Source of the DNA: Solirubrobacteraceae bacterium
Lineage (GTDB): Bacteria; Actinomycetota; Thermoleophilia; Solirubrobacterales; Solirubrobacteraceae
Direction: 5' to 3'
Assembly (NCBI GenBank): GCA_035295205.1
Contig: DATGJM010000147.1
Coordinates: 407-64,406 of the forward strand
Length of the DNA: 64,000 nt
Below, one piece after another: positions 1 through 10,364 of this stretch. The notes under the pieces were generated by a model, which had not been told where the DNA came from, did not search any database, and saw nothing but the letters and a program-made list of their open reading frames with translations. The first letter of the stretch is position 1, and each line of letters opens with the position of its first letter. Made by a program: the position numbers and the translations under genes.

Positions 1-231
1 CGCGACCGCGGCGTGAAGCTCGTGGGCGCCACCGCCCACTTCGTCACCGAGGAGCTCGACGCCGGCCCGATCATCGAGCAGGACATCGTGCGCGTCTCGC
101 ACCGCGACAGCGCCGAGCGCCTCGTGCAGATCGGCCGCGACGTCGAGCGCACGGTGCTCGCCCGGGCGGTGCGCTGGCAGATCGAGGATCGCCTGCTCGT
201 GGACGGCAACCGCACGATCGTGTTCACCTAG
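1..231 (+). CDS. purU: Formyltetrahydrofolate deformylase, C-terminal part (5'-truncated by the window)
   Basis: Frame is open from base 1: [26 protein letters not shown]...[13 protein letters not shown]...NRTIVF, the typical PurU C-terminus; directly upstream of glyA. Confidence 0.92.
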   Translation, partial: RDRGVKLVGATAHFVTEELDAGPIIEQDIVRVSHRDSAERLVQIGRDVERTVLARAVRWQIEDRLLVDGNRTIVFT

Positions 232-233
232 AG

Positions 234-1544
234 ATGCCGGCCACCCCGACCACCCTCCTCGCCGCCGCGCAGCCGGGCGCCGCGCTCGCCGACCCGGCCG
301 CGATCCCGCTGCGCGAGCTCGACCCCGAGATCGCCGCCGTTCTCGAGGCCGAACTGCACCGCCAGCAGTCGACGCTCGAGATGATCGCCTCGGAGAACTT
401 CGTTCCCCGTGCCGTCCTCGAGTGCCAGGGCAGCGTGCTCACGAACAAGTACGCCGAGGGCTATCCCGGCCGGCGCTACTACGGCGGCTGCGAGCACGTC
501 GACGTTTCCGAGCAGCTGGCGATCGACCGGGCGAAGGAGCTCTTCGGCGCCGAGCACGCGAACGTCCAGCCGCATTCGGGCGCCCAGGCCAACGCGGCCG
601 TATACCACGCCCTCCTGCAGCCCGGCGATCGGATCATGGGGCTCGCGCTCGATCAGGGCGGGCACCTCACTCACGGGATGAAGCTCAACGTCTCCGGGCG
701 GCTGTACGAGATCGTCCCCTACGGCGTGCGCCGGGACACCGGAACGATCGACATGGAGGAAGTCGAGCGGCTGGCCCACGAGTGCCTGCCGAAGCTGATC
801 GTCGCCGGGTGGTCGGCGTATCCCCGGCGCCTGGACTTTCCCGCCTTCCAGCAGATCGCCTACGACGTCGGCGCGCAGCTGATGGTGGACATGGCCCACT
901 TCGCCGGGCTGGTCGCAGCGGGCCTGCATCCCAGCCCCGTCCCCTTCGCCGACGTGGTGACCACGACCACGCACAAGACGCTCTGCGGCCCCCGCGGGGG
1001 CATGATCCTGTGCAAGGAGGAGCTCGCCAAGAAGATCGACTCGGCCGTGTTCCCCGGCCAGCAGGGCGGACCGCTCGAGCACGTGATCGCCGGCAAGGCG
1101 GTGGCGCTGAAGATCGCCGCCTCGGAGGCTTTCCGCGAGCGCCAGGAGCGCACATTGGCCGGCGCCCGTGCGATCGCCGATCGCCTCCAGCACGGTGAGA
1201 ACCCGGTCGCGGTGTGGTCCGGCGGCACCGACGTGCACCTCGTCGTCGCCGACCTGCGCGACACGCCGATCGACGGCCGGGAGGCTCAGGAGCGCCTGGA
1301 GCAGATCGGCATCACCGCCAACCGCAACGCCGTTCCGTTCGACCCTCGTCCGCCGATGGTCTCCTCGGGCCTGCGGCTCGGCACGCCCGCGCTGGCCACG
1401 CGCGGGCTTCAGCTCCAGGACTTCCAGGAGCTCGGCGACGTGATCCGGGTGGCGCTCGGTCCCGAGTTCGAGTCCCGACGCGAGCAGCTCCGGGGCCGTT
1501 GTGCGGCAATCGCCGGGCGCTATCCGCTGTATCCGTTCTTGTGA
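234..1544 (+). CDS. glyA: Serine hydroxymethyltransferase
   Basis: Motifs [47 protein letters not shown]-lysine [22 protein letters not shown]. Confidence 0.97.
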   Translation: MPATPTTLLAAAQPGAALADPAAIPLRELDPEIAAVLEAELHRQQSTLEMIASENFVPRAVLECQGSVLTNKYAEGYPGRRYYGGCEHVDVSEQLAIDRAKELFGAEHANVQPHSGAQANAAVYHALLQPGDRIMGLALDQGGHLTHGMKLNVSGRLYEIVPYGVRRDTGTIDMEEVERLAHECLPKLIVAGWSAYPRRLDFPAFQQIAYDVGAQLMVDMAHFAGLVAAGLHPSPVPFADVVTTTTHKTLCGPRGGMILCKEELAKKIDSAVFPGQQGGPLEHVIAGKAVALKIAASEAFRERQERTLAGARAIADRLQHGENPVAVWSGGTDVHLVVADLRDTPIDGREAQERLEQIGITANRNAVPFDPRPPMVSSGLRLGTPALATRGLQLQDFQELGDVIRVALGPEFESRREQLRGRCAAIAGRYPLYPFL

Positions 1545-1702
1545 ACCCCACCGAAATGATTCGCCTGAATGGCACATCCCGGATGACCGCCATGCTGCGT
1601 CCTCGTCGGCTCGCGCAGCGCTGCTGCGCCACGCCTCCTGCGTCCTTGCCTGGCGGCCCCCGGGCCGCACCCTTCAAGTCGAAATATTTCGGCGGAGTCC
1701 AC
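1541..1702. mobile_element. MITE/REP-like element (~160 bp) with imperfect terminal inverted repeats
   Basis: Left end GTGAACCCCACCGAAATGATTCGCCTGAA matches the reverse complement of the right end, GTGGACTCCGCCGAAATATTTCGACTTGAA. Internal TGCGTCCT repeated twice around a GCGCAGC/GCTGCGC hairpin. No ORF of its own. Confidence 0.55.
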
Positions 1703-1707
1703 GCTTC

Positions 1708-2967
1708 ATGACAAGCGCGACGACCAGCGAGCGCCTCTCGTCCGCGGCGCTGGCGGAGGCCCACGAGGGGTCGAGGTCGCTGGTCGCGCGCACCCCGGTC
1801 CTGAGCGCGGGCAGCATCTCGGCACACTGCGGGGGCACGGTCGTCGTGAAGGCCGAGAACCTGCAGCGCACCGGGTCGTTCAAGCTCCGCGGCGCGCTCA
1901 ACAAGCTCCGTCATCTCGAGCCGGGTGTCCACGGTGTGGTCGCTGGGAGCGCCGGTAACCACGCCCAGTCGCTGGCCTACGCCGCCCGCTCGGGGGGCCT
2001 GCGCTGCGAGGTCTTCATGCCCGTGGCCGCGGCCGTCTCGAAAGTGTCGGCCGTGCGCGCGTTCGGCGCGAGCGTCGAGCAGCAGGCCGACTCGGTGGAC
2101 GAGTGCGTCGCCCTCGCGCGGGAACGGGCGCACGAAGCCGGGCTGGCCTTCGTGCACCCGTTCGACGACGAGCTGATCATCGCCGGGCAGGCCGGGGTGG
2201 GGATCGAGCTCGCCGAGGACGTCGCCGAGCTGAGCACCGTGATCGTCCCCGTCGGTGGCGGGGGACTGGCGTCCGGGGTCGCGCTGGCCGTCAAGGCTCG
2301 CCACCCCGGCGTCCGGGTGATCGGAGTCCAGGCCGCGGCATGCGCGCCGTTCCCGGAGTCGCTGCGGGCCGGGCGCCCACTGGAGACCGGGCCGGCGGTG
2401 ACGATCGCCGACGGCATCGCGATCAAGCGCCCGGGGGAGATCACGCTGCCGCTGCTGTCAGAGCTGCTGGATGACTTCGTGACCGTTGAGGAGGCGGCGA
2501 TCGCCGAGGCAATGGTGCTCCTGCTCGAGCGCGCCAAGCTCGTGGTCGAGGGAGCCGGGGCGGCCGGAGTGGCCGCGCTGCTCTCCGGCGCGGTCAAGCC
2601 CGACGCGAACGGCGTGACCGCCGTGATCCTCTCGGGCGGCAACGTCGACGCCGCTCTGCTGGCAGGGCTCGCCACCCGTCACGAGACCGAGGCGGGACGG
2701 CGGATCCGCCTGCTGACGCGAGTCCCCGACCGCCCCGGCGGCCTGGCCGGGCTGCTCACGCTGATCGCCCAGGACGGCGTGAACGTGCTGAGCGTCGAGC
2801 ACGTCCGGGACGGGATGCCGCTGGGGGTGCGCCAGACCGGCGTCGAGCTGATCCTCGAGACCCGCGGCCGCGAGCACGGAGCGGAGCTGCTGGGCGACCT
2901 GCGCCGCCACGGCTACGACCTGGTCGAGGTCCCGTATCCCGAGGTGACCGGGACCCCGGCGCTCTAG
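1708..2967 (+). CDS. ilvA: Threonine/serine ammonia-lyase (PLP fold II) with C-terminal ACT domain
   Basis: KAENLQRTGSFKLRGA, SAGNHAQ, HPFDD, PVGGGGL, SGGN, then ACT-like VPDRPGGLAGLL. ATG 1708 is in frame with track ORF 1501..2967. Confidence 0.9.
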   Translation: MTSATTSERLSSAALAEAHEGSRSLVARTPVLSAGSISAHCGGTVVVKAENLQRTGSFKLRGALNKLRHLEPGVHGVVAGSAGNHAQSLAYAARSGGLRCEVFMPVAAAVSKVSAVRAFGASVEQQADSVDECVALARERAHEAGLAFVHPFDDELIIAGQAGVGIELAEDVAELSTVIVPVGGGGLASGVALAVKARHPGVRVIGVQAAACAPFPESLRAGRPLETGPAVTIADGIAIKRPGEITLPLLSELLDDFVTVEEAAIAEAMVLLLERAKLVVEGAGAAGVAALLSGAVKPDANGVTAVILSGGNVDAALLAGLATRHETEAGRRIRLLTRVPDRPGGLAGLLTLIAQDGVNVLSVEHVRDGMPLGVRQTGVELILETRGREHGAELLGDLRRHGYDLVEVPYPEVTGTPAL

Positions 2968-3758
2968 CCCAGCCTGACCCGCGTGTCGAGGTAGCTCTCG
3001 AGCGGCACCGAGTGGCCGAGCCGGGTCGAGAGCGCGTGAGCCTGCTCGAGCGTCACGCGGCCAAGGAGCCGCAGCCGCTGGGGCGCGAGCCTCAACGAGG
3101 CGCCCGACACGGTCAGCGCGGCGACGACCTCGCCGCCGCGGTCGCGCACGGGCGCGGCCACGGCCGAGAGCCCGGGCTCGAGCTCGTCCACGAGGGTGGC
3201 GTAGCCCTGGTCGCGCACGGCTTCGAGCTCGCGCTCGAGCCGCTGGTGGTCGACGATCGTCGCCGGAGTCATCTGCTCGAGCTCTCCGTCCGGGAGCTCG
3301 GAGACCCCGAAGGCCAGGAACACCTTGCCCGCGGCCGTGCAGTGCAGGCCGAGTTCGTGTCCGATCCAGTTCATCGCGCCCAGCAGGTGGCGGCCGTCGA
3401 CCTGGGCGATGGCATCGATCCCCGCCGGCATCGGCACGAACAGGTTGGCGGTCTCGCCGCTCTCCTCGGCCAGACGTCGCAGGCTCGGCTGGGCCAGCTC
3501 CACCAGGTCCTCGTTGCCGATGCCCGACCGGGCGAAGGCGAGCGCCGCGGCGCCGGGGCGGACTCCGGAGCGATTCGGGTCCCAGGCGATCAGCTTGTGG
3601 CGTTCGAGGCCGCCGAGCAGCGGCGCGAGCTCCACCGCCTGCAGCCCCACGACGTCAGCCAGCTCGGTGAGCGTGCGGGGGGAGCGCTCGAGCACGGCGC
3701 TCAAGACGTGGGCCGTGCGCGCAGCGGTCGTGTCGGCGACATCGGCAAATTCGGTCAC
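2964..3758 (-). CDS. IclR-family transcriptional regulator
   Basis: IclR effector domain: [45 protein letters not shown] start at 3758 is inferred; the N-terminal HTH looks divergent. Confidence 0.85.
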   Translation of the reverse strand: MTEFADVADTTAARTAHVLSAVLERSPRTLTELADVVGLQAVELAPLLGGLERHKLIAWDPNRSGVRPGAAALAFARSGIGNEDLVELAQPSLRRLAEESGETANLFVPMPAGIDAIAQVDGRHLLGAMNWIGHELGLHCTAAGKVFLAFGVSELPDGELEQMTPATIVDHQRLERELEAVRDQGYATLVDELEPGLSAVAAPVRDRGGEVVAALTVSGASLRLAPQRLRLLGRVTLEQAHALSTRLGHSVPLESYLDTRVRLG

Positions 3759-3769
3759 GGCGTGATCAC

Positions 3770-3784
3770 CAACTGATATATTAC
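3770..3784 (+). promoter_or_regulatory. Candidate operator/-10 region of betA (CAACTGATATATTAC)
   Basis: AT-rich motif in the IclR/betA divergent spacer; near-identical to 7056-7070 (14 of 15 bases). Confidence 0.55.
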
Positions 3785-3823
3785 CGCACTCGAGAGGTAG
3801 GAGAGAGAGGAAAGGGGTCCGCA

Positions 3824-5551
3824 GTGCGCTACGACTACGTGATCGTCGGCGGAGGCTCCGCCGGCTCGTGCCTGGCCAACCGGCTGAGCGAGGACCCATC
3901 CACACGGGTGCTGGTGCTCGAGGCGGGCCGGCCGGACTACCTGTGGGACGTCTACATCCATATGCCCGCGGCCCTGTCATTCCCGATCGGCAATCGGTTC
4001 TACGACTGGAAGTACGAGTCCGAGCCCGAGCCGCACATGAACGGACGCCGGGTCTATCACGCGCGCGGGAAGGTGCTCGGCGGCTCGAGCTCGATCAACG
4101 GCATGATCTTCCAGCGCGGCAACCCGATGGACTACGAGCGCTGGGCGGCGGACCCCGGGATGGAGAGCTGGGACTACGCCCATTGCCTGCCGTACTTCAA
4201 GCGCATGGAGAACTGCCTGGCCGCCGCGCCTGACGATCCCTGGCGCGGTCACGACGGTCCGCTCAAGATGGAGCGGGGACCGGCGACGAATCCTCTCTTC
4301 AAGGCCTTCTTCGAGGCCGTGCAGCAGGCCGGCTACCAGCTCACCGAGGACGTGAACGGCTACCGCCAGGAGGGCTTTGCCCCCTTTGACCGCAACATCT
4401 TCCGCGGCCACCGGCTGAGTGCCGCCAGGGCCTACCTGCACCCGGTCAAGGACCGGCCGAACCTCGAGGTGCGCACCCGGGTCATGGTCACCAAGGTTCG
4501 CTTCGACGGGACCCGCGCGGTGGGCGTCGACGTCGTCCGCGGCCGCCAGACCGAGTCGATCGATGCCGGCGAGGTGCTCCTCTGCGGCGGTGCGTTCAAC
4601 TCCCCGCAGCTGCTGCAGCTCTCGGGCGTCGGCAAACCCGAGGAGCTTCGCGCCGCCGGCGTGACTCCGGTTCACGACCTGCCCTCAGTCGGGGAGAACC
4701 TCCAGGATCACCTGGAGGTCTACGTCCAGTACGCCTCGAAGCTGCCCGTCTCCGTCGCGCCGGCGATGAAGCTTCGAAACCGGCCCTACGTCGGGGCCCA
4801 GTGGCTGTTCGGCCGCCGGGGTCCGGGCGCGACCAATCACTTCGAGGGCGGCGGCTTCGCGCGCTCCAACGAGGACGTCGCCTACCCGAACCTGATGTTC
4901 CACTTCCTGCCGATCGCGATCCGCTACGACGGCTCGGCGCCGCAGGGCCACGGCTATCAGGTGCATGTCGGGCCGATGTACTCGGATGCCCGCGGGACGG
5001 TGAAGGTCGTCTCGAGCGACCCGTTCCGTCACCCGGCGATCCGGTTCAACTACCTCTCGACCGACCAGGATCGCCGCGAGTGGCCAGAGGCGATCCACGT
5101 CTCGCGCAGGATCCTGAACCAGCCGGCGTTCGAACCGTACAACGCGGGCGAGATCTCGCCCGGCCCGTCGGTGAGCACCGATCAGGAGATCATCGACTGG
5201 GTGGCGCGCGACGCCGAGACGGCGCTGCATCCGTCCTGCACCTGCCGGCTCGGCGTGGGGGAGGACTCGGTGATCGATCCGAAGAGCATGAAGGTGCACG
5301 GCCTCGAGGGCATCCGGGTGATCGACGCCTCAGCCCTGCGCTACGTGACGAACGGCAACATCTATGCACCCACGATGATGCTGGCCGAGAAGAGCGCCGA
5401 CCTGATCCGCGGCAACACCCCGCTGGAGCCCCAGCGCACCGAGTTCTACCGTCACCGCCGCACGCCGGGAGCGGAGTCTGCGGGCGCCACCGAGGAGCAG
5501 CAGCGCCACGCCGAGCCCGGCGTGATCAGCGCCGCCGCGAGCGAGGGTTGA
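3824..5551 (+). CDS. betA: Choline dehydrogenase (GMC oxidoreductase)
   Basis: [15 protein letters not shown] motif, [60 protein letters not shown]; strong upstream RBS-like GGAAAGGGG. Confidence 0.92.
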   Translation: MRYDYVIVGGGSAGSCLANRLSEDPSTRVLVLEAGRPDYLWDVYIHMPAALSFPIGNRFYDWKYESEPEPHMNGRRVYHARGKVLGGSSSINGMIFQRGNPMDYERWAADPGMESWDYAHCLPYFKRMENCLAAAPDDPWRGHDGPLKMERGPATNPLFKAFFEAVQQAGYQLTEDVNGYRQEGFAPFDRNIFRGHRLSAARAYLHPVKDRPNLEVRTRVMVTKVRFDGTRAVGVDVVRGRQTESIDAGEVLLCGGAFNSPQLLQLSGVGKPEELRAAGVTPVHDLPSVGENLQDHLEVYVQYASKLPVSVAPAMKLRNRPYVGAQWLFGRRGPGATNHFEGGGFARSNEDVAYPNLMFHFLPIAIRYDGSAPQGHGYQVHVGPMYSDARGTVKVVSSDPFRHPAIRFNYLSTDQDRREWPEAIHVSRRILNQPAFEPYNAGEISPGPSVSTDQEIIDWVARDAETALHPSCTCRLGVGEDSVIDPKSMKVHGLEGIRVIDASALRYVTNGNIYAPTMMLAEKSADLIRGNTPLEPQRTEFYRHRRTPGAESAGATEEQQRHAEPGVISAAASEG

Positions 5552-6992
5552 GGACGATCGTCTGCAGCTCGGTGAACGCCTGCATGACGTGATTGCCGCC
5601 GACGCGGCCAATGCCGCTGTCGGTGCCTGAACGCCCGCCGAACGGCAGGTGCGCCTCCCAGTAGTTGCTCGACTCGTTGATGTTCACCCAGCCGGTGTGC
5701 ACGGCGTCGGCGAACTCGAGCCCCTGCGCCAGGTCGGCGGTGAAGATCGCGGCGAGCAGCCCGTAGGGCGAAGCGTTGGTGAGCTCGATCGCGTGCTCGA
5801 GGCTGTCGACGGCGACGACGGGCGCCACCGGCCCGAACGTCTCCTCCGTGGCGACCAGCGCCTCTGCGGGCACGTCGGTGAGGACGGTGGGCTGCCAATA
5901 GAGCGGGGTGGGCATCCCGTCCTTGCGCGCGCCACCGGTCAGCAGCCCGGCGCCGCGCTCCAGCGCGTCGGCGACGTGCCCGTCCATCTTGGCGGCGACC
6001 GGCTCGTTGTTCAAGGGGCCCATCGTGGTGGCGGGATCGAGCGGGTCGCCGAGCACGATCTCGCGCTCCACCCGCTGGGCCAGCCTCTCCACAAACTCGT
6101 CACGCACCGCCCGGTGCACGAGCATCCGCTCGCCCGCCGTGCAGCTCTGCCCCGCGCAGAGGAAGCAGGCGAGCATCGTCGCCTCGACTGCGGCGTCGAG
6201 GTCGGCGTCGTCAAGGACGACGATCGGGCCGTTGCCTCCCATCTCGAGCACGAGCGCTTTGCCGGCCGCGGCCGCGGCCACGTGGCGGCCGGTCGCGGTC
6301 GAGCCGATGAACCCGACCCCGGCGACGGCCGGATGGCGGGCGATCTCATCGCCGACCACCGGCCCTGGCCCGGTGACGAGGTTGAATACGCCGGGCGGCA
6401 GGTCAGCATCGGCGACGCAGCGAGCCAGTTCGATCGCGCACAGCGAAGTGGTGGGCGCGGGCGTCCACACGACCGCGTTGCCGGCCGCGAGCGCCGGGGC
6501 CAGAAGCTCGGCGGGCATCGTGTAGGGCCAGTTCCAGGGGGAGATGATCCCGACGACGCCCCGGGCGCGCCGGGTGAGCAGGACGCGGTTGCCGGACGTG
6601 AACGAATTCGGAAGCTCGCCGCCGAGACGCTTGGCGTCCTCGGCGGCTGCCCGCCAGTACTCGATCAGCTCATCGACCTCGTCGTAGGCCTCGGCGCGCA
6701 GGGGCTTGCCCTGATCGAGAGTCAGCGTGCGGGCGAGCTCGTCGCGGCGGGATTCGATGATGTCGGCGACCGCGTGCATCTTCGCTGCGCGCTCGAACGC
6801 CGTCAGGCGCGACCAGCGACCGAAGGCGTCCACCGCAGCCCCGATCGCCGCGCGCGCGTCATCGCGGTCGCCCTGCGGAACCGTGCCGAGGGACTCCCCC
6901 GTGGCGGGACTCATCGCTTCAAAAGAATCTCCGCTCATGGAGGACTGCCACGTGCCCGCCACGAACATTTCCTGCGCGGTGCCGAGAACCAA
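5526..6992 (-). CDS. NAD(P)-dependent aldehyde dehydrogenase (candidate betaine aldehyde dehydrogenase by context)
   Basis: ISPWNWP, FIGST, LEMGGN, catalytic GQSCTA, EETFGPV, PFGG. Start is TTG 6992 or ATG 6968. 3' end overlaps betA by 26 bp. Confidence 0.85.
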   Translation of the reverse strand: MVLGTAQEMFVAGTWQSSMSGDSFEAMSPATGESLGTVPQGDRDDARAAIGAAVDAFGRWSRLTAFERAAKMHAVADIIESRRDELARTLTLDQGKPLRAEAYDEVDELIEYWRAAAEDAKRLGGELPNSFTSGNRVLLTRRARGVVGIISPWNWPYTMPAELLAPALAAGNAVVWTPAPTTSLCAIELARCVADADLPPGVFNLVTGPGPVVGDEIARHPAVAGVGFIGSTATGRHVAAAAAGKALVLEMGGNGPIVVLDDADLDAAVEATMLACFLCAGQSCTAGERMLVHRAVRDEFVERLAQRVEREIVLGDPLDPATTMGPLNNEPVAAKMDGHVADALERGAGLLTGGARKDGMPTPLYWQPTVLTDVPAEALVATEETFGPVAPVVAVDSLEHAIELTNASPYGLLAAIFTADLAQGLEFADAVHTGWVNINESSNYWEAHLPFGGRSGTDSGIGRVGGNHVMQAFTELQTIVLNPRSRRR

Positions 6993-7041
6993 AGCTTGCC
7001 TACTTCCGTCGGAGACGCCGCTGAGGGGAGGGGCGAACTCG

Positions 7042-7070
7042 TTGACACAGAACGACAACTGATATATAAC
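7042..7070 (+). promoter_or_regulatory. Housekeeping-sigma promoter of the permease, overlapping the shared motif
   Basis: TTGACA (7042-7047), 17-nt spacer, TATAAC (7065-7070); includes CAACTGATATATAAC. Confidence 0.75.
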
Positions 7071-7167
7071 CACGCGTCAGAGGAGAGGGTCAACGTTTCG
7101 CCCGGGAATCGAGGGGTTGACCGTGATCGAGAAGGCCGCGCCGCAAGCGCGGCGGGGAGGTTGATGG

Positions 7168-8784
7168 ATGGCAACCATGGAGGCGCCTCGAGACTCTCGA
7201 GGTACCGAATCGAATGAGCTGGCAGGCTTCGGCTATAAGCAGGAGCTGCACCGCTCGCTGGGGAGCTTTTCCTCGTTCGCGGCGGGTTTCAGCTACATCT
7301 CGATCCTGACCGGGGTCATCCAGCTCTTCGCGTTCGGGTTCGCGTTCGCTGGTCCGGCTGTGTGGTGGACCTGGCTGATCGTGCTCGGAGGCCAGATGAT
7401 GGTGGCCCTCTGCTTCGCCGAGATGGCGGGGCAATATCCGTTAGCGGGCTCCGTCTACAACTGGTCCAAGCGTGTGGCTGGAGACTTCTCGGCCTGGATG
7501 ACGGGCTGGATCTACGTGATCGGCTCGATCGTGACCGTGGCCGCGGTGGCCGTGGCCTGGCAGGTCGTGCTCCCGCAGGTCTCGACGAGCTTCCAGTTCC
7601 TCGGCAGCACGGCCGACGCCGGTACGTACGTCACGAAGGGCGGGGCGCAGAACGCGCTGCTGCTGGGCGCGATCCTGGTCGTGTTCGGCACGATCGTGAA
7701 CATGCTCGGGGTCAAGATCATGGCCCGGATCAACAACTTCGGCGTGTTCGCCGAGCTGATCGGGTCGACGATCCTCGTCATCCTGCTCCTGTTCCACATC
7801 ACCCGTGGCCCTGGCATCGTCGTCCACAATCTCGGCCTCGGCGCGGGACACAAGTGGGGCTACTTCGGCGCCTTCATCATCGGCGGGATCATGAGCGCAT
7901 ACGTCATGTACGGGTTCGACACCGCGGGGACGCTGGCCGAAGAGACCAGCGATCCGCGGCGCAACGCTCCGCCGGCGATTCTGCGTGCGCTGGGCGCGGC
8001 GGCCCTGATCGGCGGTCTTCTGATCCTGCTCGCGGTCATGGACGTCAAGAACATCCACGATCCGAACATCGGCCTGTTGGGTCTTCCCTACATCCTCAAG
8101 CAGGCTCTTGGCAGCACTGCCGGCAAGGTGTTCCTGGTCGACTCGGCGGTCGCGATCACCGTGTGCACGCTCGCCGTCATGGCCGGCTGCATCCGCCTCA
8201 TGTTCGCCATGGCGCGCGACGGCCGGCTTCCCTTCGGCAGTGCCATCGCCCACGTCTCCGGCCACCGCCGGGTGCCGATCGTCCCCGCGCTCGTGGTGGG
8301 CATCCTCTCCCTGGCTCTGCTTGCCGTGAACATCGGCAACCAGAGTGCCTTCCTGGCCCTGACCTCGGTCGCGATCGTGATGTTCTACATCGCGTATCTC
8401 GGCGTGACGGGCGGCATGCTCCTGCGGCGCCTCCGCGGCACGTGGCCGAAGCCCGACCATGGGCCGTACTTCTCCCTCGGCCGCTTCGGGCTGCTCGTGA
8501 ACGTCCTGGCCGTGGCCTACGGAGCGATCGTGGCGGTGAACATCGCCTGGCCGCGCGCCGCGGTGTATGACGCTCTGGCCGGCACCAAGGACTCGAGCGG
8601 ACACGTCATCCCCGGCCACTGGTACTGGCAGTACATCGCCATCCTGTTCATCGGGATCGTGTTCCTGATCGGGTCCGCGTACTACTTCGCCGTCTACCGG
8701 CGTAAGCCCATCTCGGTGCTGCGCGAGCACGCCGCCGACGTGCCGATGATTCCCGAGACGCCTCTGGCCGAGGCGGCGCCCTAG
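7168..8784 (+). CDS. APC-superfamily amino acid/amine permease
   Basis: GYKQELHRSLGSFSSFAAGFSYISILTG, AEMAGQYPLAGSVY, GFDTAGTLAEET, MARDGRLPF; about 12 hydrophobic segments. Confidence 0.9.
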   Translation: MATMEAPRDSRGTESNELAGFGYKQELHRSLGSFSSFAAGFSYISILTGVIQLFAFGFAFAGPAVWWTWLIVLGGQMMVALCFAEMAGQYPLAGSVYNWSKRVAGDFSAWMTGWIYVIGSIVTVAAVAVAWQVVLPQVSTSFQFLGSTADAGTYVTKGGAQNALLLGAILVVFGTIVNMLGVKIMARINNFGVFAELIGSTILVILLLFHITRGPGIVVHNLGLGAGHKWGYFGAFIIGGIMSAYVMYGFDTAGTLAEETSDPRRNAPPAILRALGAAALIGGLLILLAVMDVKNIHDPNIGLLGLPYILKQALGSTAGKVFLVDSAVAITVCTLAVMAGCIRLMFAMARDGRLPFGSAIAHVSGHRRVPIVPALVVGILSLALLAVNIGNQSAFLALTSVAIVMFYIAYLGVTGGMLLRRLRGTWPKPDHGPYFSLGRFGLLVNVLAVAYGAIVAVNIAWPRAAVYDALAGTKDSSGHVIPGHWYWQYIAILFIGIVFLIGSAYYFAVYRRKPISVLREHAADVPMIPETPLAEAAP

Positions 8785-8869
8785 GCGCTGACCCATCCAT
8801 CGCGCAGGTCCGGCCGCCGGCTCTCATGAGCCGGCGGTCGCGGTTCCGCGCGCGTATCGTGAGGCTCGC

Positions 8870-9067
8870 ATGACCGCGAACTGGCGCCGTTACCGCCCGG
8901 CCATCTGGCTGAGCATGCTCGGGATCGCCCTGATCCTGGTGCTGAACCCGCCGTACATCGGGGCAGCGCTGCTCGGCGCCGGGATCGGCATCGGCCTGCG
9001 AATCTGGCGCCGTCCCCCGGCGAGGGGGGCGGAGCGACCTGCACGACGGCGCCCGCCGGGAGGATGA
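8870..9067 (+). CDS. Small membrane protein (two predicted TM helices)
   Basis: 65-aa ORF with two hydrophobic stretches filling an intergenic gap; TATCGT -10-like hexamer just upstream. Confidence 0.6.
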   Translation: MTANWRRYRPAIWLSMLGIALILVLNPPYIGAALLGAGIGIGLRIWRRPPARGAERPARRRPPGG

Positions 9068-9125
9068 CTCCACCGGGCGCCGAATCAGGCCGCGTCGGAC
9101 GAGTACACCCGCATAAGGAGGGGAC

Positions 9126-9758
9126 GTGAACGAGCCCTACGAGCCGAGCGCGACGCTCGATCAGCCGCGTGGGCGGCGTACAGCAGCCGAGCGCTTCGCG
9201 CATCTGAGTGACCGCCTGTCGCGCTCGTTGCCCCACGCCGGGCGCATCACCGAGCCGGCGGAGCCGGACGATGACTATCCGCTGCAGGACGAGCAGACCG
9301 AGTGGTTCCACGAGCCGCCGCGCTTCCCGATCGTGCGGTCGGGCTATGACTGCGAGGCCGTCGAGGAGCACATCGAGATGCTCGAGCGCGAGCTCTCAGA
9401 GCTCGATCACGAGCTCGCCGAGCTGCGCGCGCGCCCGCCGGCGCAGGACGAGGTCGCCGCCGAGATCCAGCGAGTCGGCGAGCAGACCTCGGCGATCCTC
9501 CTGGCTGCCCACGATCGGGCGCGCGAGACCGCGCGCGAGGCCCAGGAGCAGGCAGACCGCTGCCTGGCCGATGCCGCGAGCAGCGCCCTGTCGATCACCG
9601 AGGAGGCCAATCGAAAGAAGGGCGAAGCCGAGCAGGAGACCCGCCGGCTGATGTCCGAGCGCGAGCGGCTGCTGAAGGACCTCGAGGCTCTGGCAGGAAC
9701 GCTGGCGAGCATCGCGCGCGAGGCCGGCGAGCGGTTCCCGGCGACTTCCGAGAGCTGA
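9126..9758 (+). CDS. DivIVA-domain coiled-coil protein
   Basis: FPIVRSGYDCEAVEEHI resembles the DivIVA F-x-x-x-x-x-GYD motif, followed by a long heptad coil; RBS AAGGAGGG. Confidence 0.65.
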   Translation: MNEPYEPSATLDQPRGRRTAAERFAHLSDRLSRSLPHAGRITEPAEPDDDYPLQDEQTEWFHEPPRFPIVRSGYDCEAVEEHIEMLERELSELDHELAELRARPPAQDEVAAEIQRVGEQTSAILLAAHDRARETAREAQEQADRCLADAASSALSITEEANRKKGEAEQETRRLMSERERLLKDLEALAGTLASIAREAGERFPATSES

Positions 9759-9812
9759 GGTTGAGCCCCCGGCGCCCAGCCGTAGCCGGGCGCCGGAGCG
9801 CATCGTGACGCT

Positions 9813-10292
9813 TTAGAGCTTCGAGAACGTCAGGGTCTCGGTGCAGGACAGGGTCTGCCCGAGGTCAGGCGTGGTGCAGGTGATCTTGCCGGTTCCCTTG
9901 GCGCCCTTGTACTTGCCGGTGCCGCCGGTGATCTTGGCGGTTCCGGTGATCGTGATCGGACCGGTCGTCGACAGCGGGCCGGACGCGCTGTAGGTCGTGG
10001 TGATGGCGCCGTTGTCGCCCCAGCTCTCGGTCTTGCCCTTGGCGGCGATCGTCGAGCTGATCGTCTCGTTGTACCAGACGGCCGTGACGCCCTTTCCGAG
10101 CGGCTTGCCGCAGGTCGAGAAGCCCAGGTCGTAACCCTTCGGGGTGCCCGCCTTCTGCTGGTTCTGCAGGTTGGCCGTGCACTTGACCTTCGTGGTCTTG
10201 GCCGTGGTGGCGGCGCCTGAGCCGGCGGGCACGAGCGCGAGCGCCAGCACTGCGAGCACCGGCACGAAGGCCAGGGTGAATCTACTTCTCAT
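9813..10292 (-). CDS. Secreted hypothetical beta-rich protein
   Basis: Signal peptide, four Cys, ITGGTGKYKGAKGTG motif; RBS AGGAGGA. Confidence 0.75.
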   Translation of the reverse strand: MRSRFTLAFVPVLAVLALALVPAGSGAATTAKTTKVKCTANLQNQQKAGTPKGYDLGFSTCGKPLGKGVTAVWYNETISSTIAAKGKTESWGDNGAITTTYSASGPLSTTGPITITGTAKITGGTGKYKGAKGTGKITCTTPDLGQTLSCTETLTFSKL

Positions 10293-10364
10293 ACGTCCTC
10301 CTAGGTAAGGCTTACTGGTTCGCCCCCGCGCGGCATGGTTGCCGACCGGCGAGCTTACCGTACG

